Assembly: GCF_036365525.1 (NCBI RefSeq)
Contig: NC_090386.1
Location: 30,002,757-30,066,756 of the forward strand
Source: Heterodontus francisci
Taxonomy: Eukaryota
Length of the DNA: 64,000 nt
Reading direction: 5' to 3'
Shown here: positions 61,321 through 64,000 of the stretch, piece by piece
Numbering within the stretch: position 1 is the first letter of the stretch
How the letters are laid out: each line of letters opens with the position of its first letter
The notes under the pieces: model-generated
Database searches by the model: none
The model's input: the letters and a program-made list of their open reading frames with translations, nothing else
What the model was told of the DNA's origin: nothing
Made by a program: the position numbers and the translations under genes

Positions 61321-62937
61321 TGTGGCAGAAATCCCACATAACAAATGGAAAATATTAATTTCATCGTATGGAATTTGCCTGAGACTTTTTACTGGACATT
61401 ATTACAAATAACTTTAAAAAGCAGAACAGAACAGCTAAAGATGGCCATGCGCAATTTGCATATGAGAAGCCAAAGGCTGGCTGTGAGACAGAGGTGATTA
61501 CCCAGTCTAGCCAGAACAATAGGGGTGGACTCTGATTCAATCAATTAAATGGTTTTGTCAATATGGGCTGTCAAAAGCCATCAACACCCACTGACTTCAA
61601 AAAAGCCAAACCCCAAATTCCACCCCCCCCCCCCCCCCCCCCCCCACCCCACCAGTGGCCACCAAATATGTCTGAAGAACTTTGAATTTCAAAGATCATT
61701 CCAGAAACTTCTGTTTCAAAGAGGTGGTCACATGACACGACTGCCTGTGTGACCGAGTGTTGGTGAATTGTACCTCTGAGAGCAGACAGAAAATGATCTC
61801 CAAGGAAGAAAGCCCTCGCGCTGTCTCGCGCTCTTCCTCTCCAGCCAAGTCCCAGTTCAGCCTTGGCTGCTGCTAAACCTCAAATCGACAGGTCCTCTCA
61901 GTCATCAACAAGGAGTAAGGATAAAGCCCCTCTTCGGCCTTCCGGAACCAGAAAAGCAAGCCCGGATTATGCAAGTGGCCCAGTGAGGACTTTGACTTCA
62001 GTTTCACCTAAGGACACTGGGACTTTAGTATTAACATTCCATTTTTATTCAGGACTCTACTCCAAACCCCCAACTCTGCCGTTCCACTCTATCTATTTGT
62101 GTGTGTGTGTGCCTCTCGTATGAATGTGAGCGTGATGCGTCGAGTATTTTAGTAATATTAACCAGTTACGAGTGATAACTTGCATCTTCTTGTTTAAACT
62201 CAAGAAACCCTGTCTGATAGGTTCATTTACTATTATAATTAGAGGATTTTAACCATCATGTTTAAGTTTGTACTTCTATGTTCCGATTGTCAAAATGGAG
62301 GAGAGAGGTCAGGTGGGACTAAAGCCTCACTCGGGTATAAAATTAAAACCCGGTTCGGGTTGGCAGATGTTGGGTTGGGCACAAGTCCTTTAATTTTTTA
62401 AATGTCTGACCCGACCCGACCTGAACCCAACATTAGTCGTCAGGTTTGGTCGGGTAGCCGGGCTTTACTGCAGAGTGCGAAGTCCGGACTGCATCTTTCC
62501 CACCTTGACGTCCTGAATGTCCATTTAAAGATTACTTCTCACAGCAGGGCAGCACTGTCCATGTCCCCAGCCCGAGCTGACCCAGTCGATGAGGGATTAA
62601 CTCCTGAATCCGGCATATCTCGCATAATCAGAATGGAACTGGTAAAACTAAGGGTGCAACTGGAGTTTCAGAAAAGAGAAAAGGAGAGAGAAAATGAAAG
62701 GGGAGAGACAAAGCGTTTTCCAGCTACAAAAATTGGAATGGGACTGAAGGCTCAATCAGAGAGAGAGGCAAGACAGTTGGAGGCTGCTAGGGAAAATCTC
62801 TCGCCACCCGGTAACTGCCCAAATCTCCCTAACCCAAAATCAGGCTTTTAGGCTCTTCGGTATGCTCAGTTTGTACCCAAATTTGAAGAGAGTGAGGTGG
62901 AATCCTTGCTGGCCACTTTTGAGAAGGTAGCGGTTCA
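61321..62937 (+). mobile_element. Probable Gypsy (Gmr1-like) LTR element remnant: LTR-like region and gag fragment
   Basis: About 62630-62937 reads MELVKLRVQLEFQKREKERE... then FVPKFEESEVESLLATFEKVA. The upstream LTR assignment is tentative. Truncated by a LINE at 62938. Confidence 0.5.
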
Positions 62938-64000
62938 GCCAGGGCCACTCAGCTCCTGACCTCATTACACCCTTGGTTCAAACATGGACAAAAGAGGTGA
63001 AGTGAGAGTGACTGTCCTTGACATCAAGGCAGCATTTGATCAAGTATGGCATCAAGGAGCCCTAGCAAAACTGAGGTCAGTGGGAATCGGGGAAAACCCT
63101 CCGCTGGCTGGAGTCACACCTAGCACAAAGGAAGATGGTTGTGGTTGTTGGAGGGCAATCATCTGAGCTCCAGGACATCACTGCAGGAATTCCTCGGGGT
63201 AATGTCCTAGGTCCAATCATTTTCAGCTGCTTCATCAATGACCTTCCTTCAATCATAAGGTCAGAAGTGGGGATGTTTGCTGATTGCACAATGTTCACCA
63301 TTCATGACTCCTCAGATACTGAAGCAGTCCGTGTAGAAATGCAGCAAGACCTGGGCAATATCCAGGCTTGGGCTGATAAGTGGCAAGTAACATTCGTGCC
63401 ACACAAGTGCCAGGCAATGACCATCTCCAACAAGAGAGAATCTAACCATCTCCCCTTGACATTCAATGGCATTACTATTGCTGATCCCCCACTATCAAGA
63501 TCCTAGGGGCTACCATTGACCAGAAACTAAACTGGAGTAGCCATATAAATACTGTGGCTACAAGAGCAGGTCAGAGGTTAGGAATCCTGTGGCGAGTAAC
63601 TCACCACCTGACTCCCCAAAGCCTGTCCACCATCTACAAGGCACAAGTCAGGAGTGTGATGGAATACTCTCCACTTGCCTGGATGGGTGCAGCTCCAACA
63701 ATACTCAAGAAGCTCGACACCATCCAGGACAAAGCATCCCGCTTGATTGGCACCCCATCTACAAACATTCACTCCCTCCACCACCAACGCACAGTGGCAG
63801 CAGTGTGTACCATCCTCAAGATGCACTGCAGCAATGCACCAAGGCTCCTTTGACAGCACCTTCCAAACCCACGACCTGTACCAACTAGAAGGACAAGGGC
63901 AGCAAATGCATGGGAACACCACCACCTGCAAGTTCCCCTCCAAGCCCCACACCATCCTGACATGGAACTATATCTCTGTTCCTTCACTGTCGCTGGGTCA
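62938..64000 (+). mobile_element. CR1-superfamily family B LINE, RT to 3' region (runs off the window)
   Basis: LDIKAAFDQVW, PRGNVLGPIIFSCFINDL, WADKWQVTF, YKAQVRSVMEYS. Confidence 0.9.

Overview
Eukaryotic, repeat-rich vertebrate DNA, most likely a cartilaginous fish (inferred from an HE1/V-SINE, Deu-type SINEs and abundant CR1/L2 LINEs). The only host-gene sequence I can support is one 98-bp exon (6941-7038, +) encoding part of the helical domain of a Gs-alpha subunit, equivalent to GNAS exon 6. The rest appears to be intron (>6.9 kb upstream and, if the next exon is truly absent, >56 kb downstream) filled with transposons. These are: an intact RTE-clade LINE (1063-aa APE-RT-zinc-finger ORF, about 1.4-kb GC-rich leader, degenerate HDV-like ribozyme candidate); many short Penelope-derived insertions with minimal hammerhead ribozyme motifs in two families, several with 12-13-bp TSDs; a pogo/Tigger transposon nested in a SINE and itself hit by a CR1; a gag-protease-only Gypsy LTR element with LTRs, PBS, PPT and TSD; Harbinger-like MITEs; many decayed CR1/L2 fragments; a long hairpin; tandem repeats; and a 319-N gap. 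There are no prokaryotic systems or CRISPR arrays. The best novelty leads are the ribozyme-bearing retroelements. Boundaries of decayed repeats are approximate and were read by eye.
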